NCBI GenBank assembly: GCA_963514005.1
Contig: OY740808.1
Span: 31,316,327-31,374,000 of the forward strand
Direction: 5' to 3'
Length of the DNA stretch: 57,674 nucleotides
DNA from: Raja brachyura
Lineage: Eukaryota
The notes under the pieces are model-generated. The model saw nothing but the letters and a program-made list of their open reading frames with translations. It had not been told where the DNA came from and did not search any database. Below are positions 41,937-55,433 of this stretch, piece by piece. A program made the position numbers and the translations under genes. The number at the start of each line of letters is the position of its first letter. The first letter of the stretch is position 1.

Positions 41937-44900
41937 ACGTCGAGTAGTAACTACCGTCGCGTATCACTTTTCGCTTTAAAAAACCCCAAATATCGCCTCC
42001 CTGATCTGTGAGTATACCCTGACGAATAGCTCGCTCTGACCAGCACCACCCTCCGCGGTTGTAGCCAACGATCTAACGTGGTTTTATTTGCATCCCGGTT
42101 TATGTTTTGCTCTCTGTCTCTCCCTCCCTCTCTGTCTCTCTCTCTCTCTCCGCTTCTGTGGTGTTGTGAGCCCTTTGGCTCCTTCCTTCTGCCGCGGATG
42201 TCTAACGCACAGCACTTGTCTGACCTGTGGAGAATTGGATGCCGTCAGGGTCTCTTCAAGGCGAGTTCCCCTGAACCTATGCGTGTGCATTTTTGTTTGA
42301 CATCTTGACAAAGAGAGGTCCTGCTCGGATCTCTGCTTTCTTTAACTTATAATCACCATTTTAAACATTCCATATAACAGTATCATTGCCAAAAAAAGAG
42401 ATCGGATCGTGTTGGGATGTAGTCTTTACAAATTGATTATTATTTCTAGAATATCATGTTGGAAATGAGTCAGTCGAAGTTATAAATATCTGTGAAATAT
42501 GCGATATAATGTAACGTTTTAAAACGTTTGCTCTAACTTCCGCCAATTATGGCTGACCTCCCAGACTAAGCACTCTGGAGACTCATATTATGAAGCGTTA
42601 GGGTGGACTAATCTAGGATCAAAAGCAGGAAGGTGCGAACTCCCTTTGTCTCTCCTCGCCCGACTCATTCACCCTCCCGTGTGTGATAAATCTACACTGG
42701 CGCCAACTCCGTATAGGATGATTAATTTGCGAGCAAACAAAAGGGAATTGATGGCTAGCCATCTTAGTTAAACATTCGCCAATACCGCAAGCTACTTGTT
42801 AGCCGTCAGAGCTTTAAACGTAGTAAGTGCACTGATGTGAAAATTAAAATGGGCTTTGAAAGCATTTACGCCAGCACCAAACGGCTCTGAAGTGGCTGGG
42901 CAACCAGACACCTCACTTCATTAACTATATGCAGACAGAGCTATAGCTCGAAATGATACAGAGGTTTGTTGATTACTGTTTATCTGAGAGAGCGGTCACG
43001 TTTACATTGGCAAGTTTCTTGTAAATATTCTGTTGGTATGTGTGAGGTCCAAGCAGTGCCGATGACATGCTTATTCCTTCCGAAGCTTTTCAGTCCATTC
43101 GCGAGCCATTCCAATCGAACCGAACGTGTTACTAAATAAGTTTACACTGCGGCGTCTTTTGTTATTCTGCTGACGGCCAGTTGTAATGAACTGACCGCTA
43201 TTGTAATCCTATATCAATGCAGGTGCGAGAATACTCTAGCGTGTGGCGGTAATCCAAATATTAAAATAAAAGTGAATTCACACCAGTAAAAATAACTTAC
43301 TTTTAGCACCCGCGTAATTATTGCAAAGTTCATATTAAACCGATAACCAGCCCAAATTATAGATGTATATGTTATCAGCGTGTATATGTTCGCCATGTAC
43401 GCTGGAAGTCTGAGGGATTGTGTTGCATGGCAGCAAACCAGATATAATCAGCACGTTTGGGACGTCTGTCAATAATCATTTATTGTAGTTATTCTCTACC
43501 GGTTGTCCTTTGAAATAACTATTTTTCATGCACGTACTTCATGCTCTGCTTTTAACTAAAGGCAGCAGTAATGGCTGTTACAACACATTGGAGCGGCATC
43601 TGCCATATTGCATAATAAATGGCAGTTTGCATGCAACGCGTTGGCCTTCATCTTTGAACATCTTGATTGTTGCCGACTCCCAGTGCGATCTCACTTTCTG
43701 TCTTTTTTTCAGACTCCCACTGCCCTTCTCGCCATTTACTGCACTTTTCCCCTTTCCCCTTATCCAAACAGCCCCGCTCATTGTGCAAGTGACCACACAT
43801 CTTCCCCTGCCTGCTACACGCCTGCTAATCGTTGAACTCGTGTGTGTCCTTCCCCCCCCGACAACTAAACGCACCGCCGCTGCCTTCCTGATTCTTCCCA
43901 ACGCTGTAAAAAACCTCACAGTTATGATAAAGTTCACGAACTTAATTTCTAACTTCTGCGAGCAGTGTTCTTTCTCCTCGGGATCGTCATTAAAAAGAAA
44001 ACAACGCTGGAACCGAGCTCGCTGTTCTCTTGACAGCCACTTCAATTATCGATCAACCAATTTAGTGGCATGGCACGAATTTTGTCCCAATTGTCAACAG
44101 TTGTCTCACGTTCTCGGGAAGAGCCTGCTGCATTATTTTTGGGCTAGAGACGGATGTTGGCGCCAGCTGCTTTAAGCCTTTTACAAACCGCCGTATGTTA
44201 CGTGTGTTCATCCGTTTGTCAATTTCCATTTAGGAACATGTTTTCTGGCGAAATATCCAAGTATCCTTTGGATAATGACCAACGTCCTTTTACCTAAGCA
44301 TAACAGTCCTAATTGCGTTTTAAACTAAATAATGATTGCGATGAGATGACAGTCGAAAATATTTTTTTTTCTTGTGGAAATTTAACTAAGTGTAGTTTCC
44401 GTGCGTAACTTATTTAAGGTAACTAACTGCTGTATCAATGCTTTCTTTGTGTGCTTTTTGCTACAGAACCGCTGTGCAAAGAAAGGGCTGATACATTAAG
44501 AACTGCCGGCAACATTATTGCTGATGCTTTTCTCGTAGATCGAGTATGACAAGACCTACCACTTTAAACGGCAAGGTGACTTTTTATCTCATTTTACCAT
44601 CAAATTGTGTTTTATAGTCGCCACAATCAGCTCGTGTTGAAATTCTTAGATTGATTTTTCGAAGGTAAGTGGTGACAGAACTCACACAAGCAGTGTGAGT
44701 GAACAGTGAACTTATAAAGTAATCTTTTGCGGTGTTTTCTTGATGCGGTAGAGATTGAAACAAACCTTCTCTGATACGTATTTCGTAACATAGCTACTTG
44801 CACGGGGCAGCTCAGAGGTACGCATGGCCTTGTAGGCATTCGCTCTTTTGGAACTGACAGCAATTATTGGTGATTGTTTTTAACTAAGCAAATTTTAAGC

Positions 44901-46116
44901 AGATGTTTTACATGCTATAGGGATCAATAGATGTCTCTTTTTCGACGGGGGTGTCTCGAGTCATCTTGCAACAAAAGGGCGTAATAAGTGCAGAAAGAGT
45001 GACTGGTGTTTGCTGTGGGTTTACTGGCAATAATTTGTGTAATTTTTAAATAGCTAACTTGTTTTTTAATTTGTTACCTCAGTAAAGTGCCTTGCCAAAT
45101 GTATTTGCAATTTTGTTTTCAGATAGCAACGCTTTGTAATGTGCATATTGCTTGGTGGAGTTTGCCTCTGATTTCAGTTCCACCAAACACTTTACATTTT
45201 TGTCTGTTCACTGAATCACCCTGCCTGACACTTGCAACCGTTTCCAGAAGCTTCGGCAATTAAACCTTGCCAATGTTGAAATATTAATCTCCTTCTGACT
45301 ATTGCATGTCTGGAAATGTAAGCAACCGATCTAATTGAGTTGAAGCAAAAGCAAGGAGCCCCATATCCGAAATGTGTGCACTGGATCTTAGCCTGTGTAA
45401 GAAAAAAATCAAATCTATTTTATTCCAAGTACTCATATGGTCTCTTGGCAAGATCATGTTATTTAAGCTTTATGCTCTGATAATAAGCAAGAATGATACC
45501 TTAATGAAACCCACCCTCTGTGCTCTAACTGGTGAAGAATTAGTAACATGGTATCAACTGATAAATATTATTATTTATCCCCAAAATGTAAGGAATAATT
45601 GCTCAAGTAAAGTTATTGAGGCAAGCTCATCTTGCAAATTCCTCGTATCTGTGTAATTTTCTTATACAATAGAATATGAGTTTAATTAAAGAATTAACCA
45701 TTGGCTCCTCGCCAGTATTAATGTCCTTCTTCAAGGAAGTAAGTTCATCTTACTTTCCAACATATAATGTAAATACCATATCATCTTGAAATAATTTGTC
45801 AACAGCATGATGAAGAATGCTATTCAGATATTTCTGAACATATCCATGCACCAAAAAGCTTGCAATGGGACTTGTTACATGTCTCATTCAAATGCTTGCT
45901 CTAGACAGGTAGCATTGTTCACTATTTTGACATCTGTGGTAACACTGCATTGCCACTGGTATTCTTTGTAGGAAGCTTTGTTGCAAAGAGTCTGACATTT
46001 ATTTAAAAAATGTATAGACATTGCAATGAAAGGTGAAACCACTAATTCACTTTAGCCTCATGTAAGGCGATTTTCTAACTGTATTTAGTTGGATGATATC
46101 TATATAGGAACAGTGA

Positions 46117-46246
46117 NNNNNNNNNNNNNNNNNNNNNNNNNNNNNNNNNNNNNNNNNNNNNNNNNNNNNNNNNNNNNNNNNNNNNNNNNNNNNNNNNNNN
46201 NNNNNNNNNNNNNNNNNNNNNNNNNNNNNNNNNNNNNNNNNNNNNN
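46117..46246. other. N run (130 nt)
   Basis: Undetermined or masked bases. Confidence 0.98.
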
Positions 46247-48909
46247 TACAATGTTGTGATATGTGTTGGCCCTTTATGTGTTCCAAGCACATATGGGAAT
46301 AAACTGCTTCTACCAGTGTGACATCATTTGACATTGCTGTAATTGTTGCAATGCCCATTGGCGCAGCTGAGGTAGAATTAATGGTAATTAATTAAAGGCA
46401 AATCCAACAAACTAAAAACGTACTTCCGATATTTTGATGTAAAAGATTTTTGCCGCATCCTTTATTAATCCTCTGCACATCATCAATTAATAATTATTGT
46501 ATTTGTTACAATAAATGGCTAAGAATATGCAGCATATATCAAACAAGTTCAAAGTGAAAATATCTGTTGACTTAATTAATTCAGAACAGTTTATTGAAGT
46601 GAGATAGAATAAATACAGAAGACAGACACAAAATGCGGGATTTGCTTTTGTCTACCATAATTTGAAGGAAAATAAGACTGAATAAGTGGATAGCATCAAA
46701 TAGTGCTGGTTTGTTTAATTTGTTTGGATAAATATTACCCAATCTTTGTTTTTTTATAACTGGAGTGAATAAGCAAATAAACATACTAATCTGCAAATTG
46801 GGAGCATTTCTCTTTCTTAATCTGAGTATTTAAGCATTAATTTTATTATAGTGCCTTTAAATATCAACAAGTAGGGAAATAACATGCATTTTGAGAAATC
46901 CACAAATAATATATCAGGTTTCATAAATATGGTATAATAAATAACAACATACTTGGGAATATTGGAACAACTTGTGAAATGTTAAATTGTCTTGCACAGA
47001 GATTTAAGATGCATTTTAACCAGTTGTCACCAGAGGTGATATCTGGGTCTACCCTGAGTCACTTGAGCTGCCTGGATAATTGATGCATTTTTTTAATTTG
47101 CGCCTGATGGGCATTTTGTTCCGTTTTGGAACTATTACACCGAGTTTACCCAGTAAGCCTGCATTCGTCAATTTCAATAATATAATCAGATGGTGGGAAA
47201 GATTAAAATAAATCCAAGAAGATGACTAACCAGCCAGGACCAGTGCAGTTCATTCCTGATTGTTTACATTTTGACACCGCCTATCTCTGTTCATATCATA
47301 AGTACTGACGTTAGAAGTATATTGCAGCGCTTGCACCGAGCGAGAGCAGAGTGTATCACAACATTATCAGTTGCTACTTAAATGCCGTTTGTCAGTTACC
47401 ACAAATTTAAATGAAATATACTGCTAACATGATTTGCCCGCGCTGTGTACTCGATGCAACCTCCAACCATAAACAAGAAGGCAGAACACAAATAGGACGG
47501 TAATTCATGTGCTTTAAGTAAACATGCGAATATGATCTAAACGAACCTTTAACTACAATTTCACGCTCACAATGCAAGTAAGCAAGAGGGTGCCTCGCGT
47601 AAGCAAGGCAAGGGGGCGACTGTATACCTTTAGTGTCCATTAACTACTAATTCCCAGAACGAATTAGCACGCGTGCTGAATATATTAACACCATTAAAAG
47701 ACGGTGCTAACTTTAACAGTGACCCACTGAAGCATCTGTATTGTGCATAATGTTGAAGTGTTAAATGCAGTGGGGGAGAGGGAAAATGAGAGACTGATTA
47801 GGTTAGGATTAATCTACCTGCTACCATAGATAACTTTGTAGAAACCAGGAAGACTGGACATATTTAACGAGGCCTTTGCCGGAGTTCACACGCCCATAAC
47901 CCACGAAGAATACCCGTTGTGCTTCCCTTTGCAGCACTGACCATCAATATCTTTCTTTATGTAAATTGTCTAAAACAAGGTGATCGGTGCGGCTCGCCGC
48001 ATTGTTTGCAGCAGGGCGTGTTGATAGGATTTATTAAACACAGATGATCCTCCTGTTTTTTAAAACATACGGAAAAGATTTACAATTCACATAATTGCAA
48101 TGCACTTAGGTCCATCATCACTCGGCAGGTGTAAATATAGGTCGTTTATATGTGTGACATATATAACTGCACACTTCTTAAGTGCACCAGGTCGCGGGTG
48201 TGTTGCTGAACAGAAACACCTCAATTCGAGTTTACACGACTAAAATAGTTGTAGGCAGTGAGAACAAAAGCATGTCACCGTCATATTAGGGAAAGGTTAA
48301 TAATGGGGTTTTTTCTAGTTGAAAGGAATGCAAATATTACCCGGGAAGTCCTAAAATGACATTAGAACTATTTCCACTGATTCGGTGATTTAAAATAATA
48401 TATTAAAATAATATCTCAGGTACAAATTATTGGTAAACGGCAGTATGTTTGCTTGGGTAAATTGGGGGGTGGGGGGTCGCTTTAAATCTCCTGATGCAAA
48501 TAACAGCTCTAAAATATCCTGTGATACCTTTCTTGCCAAATTGCTCCCTTGAGAAATAACAGCCGTCTATCGCTTGATGGCGCTGTCTTGAAGTTTCCTG
48601 TTTTCTCAACCCAGAATTTCCCAGGCGAAAGGTAGATTGACTTATACGCTTAAACAACCATTCCTGCCATTAGTCTGAAAAAAATATTTATATCCGATCA
48701 GTATAATAATGGATTTTTTCAATCTTGGCAAAATATTTAATTTTTGCTTTATTTTTACCCAATTGTCAATTAAACAGAAGCGAGAAAAAAACCCCTCAAA
48801 AAACAAATAAGGACTCTCATCTAGCTGCTGTCCAGTGTACACTGTTCGTGTCAGGCGTGTTCTATGTACGGGTTCTAGTTTAATGCAAGGGCTCATACTA
48901 CACAGAAAA

Positions 48910-48926
48910 AGTTCACCCGAAGTTCA
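48910..48926 (+). promoter_or_regulatory. Canonical DR5 retinoic acid response element
   Basis: AGTTCA-CCCGA-AGTTCA: two perfect RGKTCA half-sites with a 5-nt spacer. Confidence 0.6.
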
Positions 48927-50809
48927 CTTTCTGTGTTGTAGGTTCGCCTTTCGCCAGTGTGACAATAATTTCCATGGGACTATTTAGTTGCACCGATGAT
49001 ATATGAGCGTCAATCAAACTGATTAATTATATTTTTGTAATCGTTTCAATTGAAATGTTTAAAGTAGAGGCTGGCGGCTTCAACACCTCAAATTATAACA
49101 TTATTATTAAACCTTCCATGGTTTTCATAGTTCGGAATTCTGACCAGCAACAGTTTCAAAGAGAAGTTTAAAATCCCACTATTAGTGTAGTCAGGCTGTG
49201 ACTACACGGTCATTTATTTAGTCCCGACGTGCTTGTTTTTTTTTTGGTAGGTTTCTTGTGCATTAGAAGCAAACCTGATCGAATGGCCCACGTAATGTCA
49301 TTTTCGACGGGTTAGCCTTAATCAATTCAAAGGTCGTGCGCTCTCAATCTAACGTCAGGGCAGTCTGGAAAATCTATTTTATAACGTTAGACTGGCCCGA
49401 TAGCTGAAAGGGTAAAATAGAGAAAAATACATTTTTTTCTGCTCTCAGTTTCCCCAGTGGTGCCTTCCTATCACTCGCCACGAGAAATGATCTTTTGAAA
49501 CAAATGCTGCTGTTTCATCCCTCCTACATACAGATAAGCTTCCTGCCTCCTTTTAATTAGAACATGCGACATTCACGGCAAAGCCGGTTTGAAGAGTGTT
49601 CGACTCATATTTTGTGCTAATTAAATGCATTAGTATAGTGGCTCATAAGGCACATGTAACATACATTATACTTTATATTCGTATGGTCGAATCTAAATTA
49701 TCTCCGTGTTAATTAGATTTGCTTCAACTGAAAATTGTTTGGCTGTACCGGATATTATCCGAATGGCAAATTACTCTGCTGTGTTGTGTTTTGACCTACC
49801 CAGCAAACAACCACGACATTGCTTTAAACTTTGAGCCCAGACACGAATCCTATTATCAACGCTTCAAGTTAAAGACCGAGCCAGTGGGGGGAAAAAAATC
49901 TCTTCACGGCCTTTTGCGCGAATAAGAAATGCCCTAATAAGATCAATATAGAGAGGGAGCCAAATTTTCAACAAAGGTTTACTGGAAGTCTAACGACCTC
50001 TGACATACATTGCACATTAATTGGAGACTATATGAGAAAAGGTGGGATTCCAGTTAATTAGTAGAAAATGAATAACATTGAACATTATATGATTTGTCTC
50101 CGAGTACGGCTTTGTTAGTGCGGATTTGGGGATCAGCTTTTGTACAGAACAAATTGGATGTGAGTAGCGTGGTGCACTGTTACACTGTCGTTTTGTACAC
50201 TGGCGACAGCTTCAATCCTGGGAAAAGGTAAAGGGATCTGGGCGATCACGGCCCTCATTATCTCATGCCTGAGCACATCTTTGAGAACGATTCATAAGCA
50301 ACATCGGCACTCACAACGCTTGCACCCGCGGTTATAGTTTTCTTTCAACGCAAAGTTACTTGATTCAAATAAAGACTTATTGCCGTTTAACCGCAATAAG
50401 AATGTTGCATTTCTGTTAACCTTTTTTTTCGCCAACTACTCATTTCTAGAGCGTCAAAATATAGTTTTTCCCCAACGGTTTTACGTAGTGGACTTGTACC
50501 ATAGTTAGGGACCTTGTGCCCTGATACGTGCGGTGTTTGTGTCGGAGATGTAATTAGACTCTTGTTTGTAATACAACACTAGCCAAGGTCTGGTGCAACG
50601 TTTCATGCTTTGCTTATCACAATGTAGTATGGTTGAGGTGTGATCAATTTCAGATAAATGCACGTGGGGGGGGGGGGGGGGGGGGGCAGTTCCACCGGGA
50701 GGGATGGGTGAGTGCATAATTTGGGGAAGGGTGGCGTGTTTGAGGGTGGGCGAGGGAGGAAGGGTGATTCGATGAAGATTGTGAGGGAGAAATCAGGTCA
50801 CACTAATGG

Positions 50810-50899
50810 AAGATAGACAAAATGCTGGAATAACTCAGCAGGACAGGCAACATAACTGGATAGGAGGGATGGGTGACGTTTCGGGTCGAGTCCCTTCTT
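50810..50899 (-). mobile_element. Penelope-derived short repeat, single arm; first TE seen upstream of tbx3
   Basis: gatagacaaaatgctggaataactcagcaggacaggcaacat...gggtgacgtttcgggtcgagtcccttctt. Confidence 0.78.
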
Positions 50900-53800
50900 T
50901 TGATTAATGGACACCAGTCTTACCAGCACAGCCGCTTAATTGAATATGCATAGGATTTAGAAGTTATTAAAATGCAACTATTAGTCCGCAGTAATCTTAC
51001 GTTTAAAATATCAGATTACTTAACAATTCAGCCGACACTTACGATAACAACAATAGTTGAGAACCTAATAACGAGCGTGATAAGTGTTAGAGATATATAA
51101 CTTTATATAAATAAACGTTGTCTTATCGACAGAACATTAAACTGGCTTTACCTCGGGACATTATTATGAAAGTTGCTTTGCATAACTAACTGGTCCAATA
51201 CTGAACTATCTCAGATGTCAAAAACCAAAAGAAGACAGAAATTAAAGTTAAAATAATTTAACAATAAAACAATGATTTATCTTGGAAAATCATTACTTTT
51301 AAAGCCACTTTTTTCATTCAAGCAAAGTAATCAAATAAAAGGCATCAGAAAGTATTAAACACTTCCGTTTTTCTAGTTGGGAAATGGTGTACATATGGAA
51401 AAAAAGGAGATCATTTTGGATGGCAGCCTGAAAAAGCGCATAAACCCCAAATAAAGAAAGTTAACATTTGGATTTTGTTAAGTGAGTACTTGAATTCCTC
51501 GAAATGTTATTTTCTCTTTATTCTGCAAAAAAAAAAACACTCTTATGAATCGCATGTCTATAAAGAACAACAAAAATCTATCAAACGCTATATTAGCAAG
51601 AAGGAAAACAATGAGTTTTACTGTTGGTTGTTAATGTGTCATTCCAGGATAAAGCGGGTGATCGTTTGCACAGGTAACTGGTCCTAGGTACAGCCGGGCC
51701 ACATTCAGCAACGCTGCCTTTCGCATGTAGGCAGCGCCTTTATTATCACCATTCGGGGTGCGTCTCGTGATTAACGTGTTAAAAATGTAGTCGTTTCGCT
51801 ACCAGTAATAAATGAGATTAGCTTCAGGTAAGGACCCAGGGTGGAAATGTGGAATGTCAGCTAGATTTACACCTGTCCCATGGCTCGAATTGACAGCACT
51901 ATTGCCTACAGAGATGACCACTGGTGCCAGTCTGTCTGGGACTCATCAGCCTTACTTTGCAAGTTTAAATGGACGAGATGATCAAAACAAACTAATGACA
52001 CGCGTATTGTTTTATCACCAGAAACTAGAGCAACGAAAGAAACTAATATTTATCTTTAAATGCGTGCTACAATTGTGTTATTTTGCCATAGTTCGTGAAT
52101 GCTAAGGGATGTAGCTAAATCATTATTACCAGTGAGAGGGCGTTTGTTTCGACAGCATCAATAGTGATCTATGTTAAAGCTACCCCAAACAAATAACTCG
52201 TACACAATCACCCCAAAGCTCAGATCATTGGACAGTTCAGTGACAGATATTAACCAGACGCCAAAGGAATCCTGTTCAACTGCAGATCCAAAGGGTCGCA
52301 TCTGTTGTGCGCAGCGCACACATTCCCATTTCGCAAGGGCTATTACCATCCCGTAAGGCTGCTGAAAACATTCATCATATTGGTCAAAGTGGAGCCAGGC
52401 CACTCAGCCACCGTATTCACACACAGGTAGCCTAATGATTCCATTAGGCGAGACCAGACCGTTCCGGATCAGTGAGCGCATGAGGGGCTAGAGAAACTAA
52501 TGTGCCACTGTCACCGTCGTTTAAGAAATTCAAGCGAACAACACCCGACATTACACCATAAGTCTTCACCAAACATTCTGGACTTTTCTTTTGACCAGCG
52601 CGAGTAGCCATAATCTCATAAAACGCTTTATATTTATTTAACTGCTTTACACCTTTTCAAACGTTCCCTTCAAATATTTACCAAGGCACTCACATTCGAA
52701 GACAGCTTGCTTTTCCACGAGGACACGCCAAATGATTTATTATCAAGCTATTTTTCAACAAATGATATCTCGTCGTAAATATCTGATCGTTTGAGAAATG
52801 TGTTCCCCGAAACCCATTTCCAAGTAGTCCCTTCGGCCGATCCCATTCCGACCAAACTCTCTGCTCTCCACTTTCACCAAAGAAAGCTATTCGCTTTGGA
52901 ATTTTGCAGTGATAAAGATATAGTTCCTGTAATCATAGTAAAGGCTGGTCTATTTTCTGGTAATGTCACTTGCTGATCCACCTATACATTTAATACAAAT
53001 GAATATTTGTACTCACACGACTTCACTGTTTTCTCACTAAATTAGAGGCCGCTTAAACAGAACAACAAGCAATCTACCGGCTGATGGTAAACCATTTCAA
53101 ACAACCAAAGTTATTCAGCTTTTAAGGACTGATAGCTCAGTTAAAAAAACACAAATGCGTATTTTACTTTGTTCGTGAAAAGGGGCTTAATTTAGAATTT
53201 ATTTTTATGTTATAGATTAATTAATAAAAATCAGACTACAATGTGTTAATGATGAATTCAACTTAAGACAAACTACCTTTAGAGGTTCTGTGAACAGAGA
53301 AACGAATGGAAGGTTTATAAATCGCGCCGCTGGCATAAATAGCAGGTATATATATACATATATATATATATATGTGAATATCTGTGCGTGTGTATGTGTG
53401 AATGGGGGCGAGCGGAAAAGAGGCAACTGCTGTAAACAAACTGACCAGACACATATATTTTTGTAATAAATATCCACTACATCAAACATGCCCACAAAAA
53501 GTGCGGTAAAGTTTATGGCGAGAAAACCAGATAAAACGTAATCTATAATTAATAAATATCTTGATCGACGGTTTTATTTCTAATTTTGTGTCTCTCCAAT
53601 AGAGAAAAAAAATCAATCAGTTCCAGTCATTATTTAGCTTTGGGTTGAAATATTAATGCTGTTTAAATGGGGAAAATAGTGTTTTCAGCATATTGCAAAT
53701 CGATGGAATAGTTACCAATGTTTCCATAACTGTTGAATGTGCTACTAAAACCCTGGGCTTTTGAAAATAATAATAGAGAATATTCCAATGCCAAAATTGG

Positions 53801-54271
53801 ATTGGCAAATATCAGTGGCAGAATTTACATTGTATTGTACACTATGTCGTGACCAAGCCACATTAAAGGGCATAAATATGTAATGTGGACAAACCTTGGC
53901 AAAATCGACCAAGTATTTGCAACTTTCAAGCTTGTGGAATTTTAAGCGAAGTGTTGATAATAAATTCCTAAAAAGTATGGAAATTGCCACTTTATTAACT
54001 GATCTAAAGAAACCCGGATCCTTGTTGTGGTGTTGCTTTGATTTCAAAAAGATGAACACGTTTCGACCCACTGATCAACCGCAGAGTTAATTTATTTATA
54101 TTATCGTCTTAGCACCATTTTGACAGCAAAGCGTTCACTTTTAACATGTTTTTAGTTCTGCAGCAATTGCATAAAATTGAGTTATAAAGAGAAACACTAA
54201 AGTTGCAGTCCGGTAAACTTCCTCTGGTATTAATTGATTTAATTGTATCACTCCCGCAATCAAGATCTATA

Positions 54272-54536
54272 ACACACACACAGACGCGCACACACACACA
54301 CACAAACGCACACGCACACGCAAACACGCACACTCAAACACACATACACACACACACGCAAAAACACACACACACACGCGCAAACACGCACACACACGCA
54401 CACACATACGCAAAAACACACACACACACGCAAAAACACACACACACGCAAACACGCACACACACGCAAACACGCACACACACGCAAACACACACACGCA
54501 CACACACGCTCGCACACACACACACACGCACACACG
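54272..54536. repeat. Imperfect (CA)n/(CACG) microsatellite
   Basis: Direct reading. Confidence 0.95.
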
Positions 54537-55134
54537 AGAATGCGAAAGTACTTGACTATAGTCACATTCATGACTTCTTCACTGATATGCAGCTAGTTAC
54601 TGTGCTGCTTTAGAACATCAATGATATAAGTGACTAGCCGTCAGTTCTATATATTTGCAAGTGCAGTATTTTGCCTTCCCTGCCCCATGCCTCCATCCCC
54701 AGCGCAATTAGGACATGTCTTATTTGTAAAATGATTCCAAATGTTTGAACTTTCGCTATTTAGAATGGTATAGCTATCAAAAAGCGATGGGTGGATTTTC
54801 CGTTAAATAATTTAGAATATCACGTTCCTATCAGGAATACAGATCTCGTTTTGGTCTTTGTTGAAATTACATAGTTAAATCTGAAAGGAATATGCATTTT
54901 TGCACCTCTCAGTTGTAACTCATAAGGATTTCGACATCTTAACCAAAATAGTTTAACAAAGTAACTAACATGGTGTCATCACCTAAGTGCCTCTGCAGAT
55001 CGATACGTTAATAAATTGAAACAAATGCAAATCAACTGCTATATTTTTAACGTCAAATGCAACTTATTTGCTTAAGTGTTTGATGTTCCAAGTAACATCA
55101 GAGCGTTATCCTCATTCACCTCTAATGCTTAGGA

Positions 55135-55433
55135 GTGTAGGAAGGAACTACAGATGCAGGTTTATAGAAAGACACAAAATGCTGCAGTAACTCAGAGGGA
55201 CAGGCAGCATCTCTGGAGAGAAGGAACGGGTGACGTTTCGGGTCACATCGTTACTTTTTTTACATATCATTAATTCGTGTTGTCTATTTCTCTCTATATC
55301 GCTGTCAATATCTCTCGGTTCTCTTTCCCCTGACTCTCAGTCTGAAGAAGGGTCTCGACCCGAAACGTCGCCCATTGCTTCCTTCCAGAGATGCTGCCTG
55401 TCCCGCTGAGTTACTCCAGCGTTTTGTGTCTAT
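55135..55433. mobile_element. Palindromic Penelope-derived element
   Basis: Inverted arms 55170-55244 and 55357-55431 around a pyrimidine-rich spacer. Confidence 0.82.
55340..55372 (+). ncRNA. Minimal type I hammerhead ribozyme motif
   Basis: CTGAAGA (55342-48), A, GGGT-CTCG-ACCC (stem II), GAAA (55362-65), CGTC (palindromic ACGT stem III, GUC cleavage triplet); stem I only ~2 bp. Confidence 0.6.

Noticed and set aside
51712-52449. Two 8-bp inverted repeats (51712-51736, 52430-52449)
   Set aside because: Short enough to occur by chance; no other supporting features.
54109-54613. His/Thr- and Cys/Val-rich ORFs
   Set aside because: Translations of a (CA)n microsatellite.
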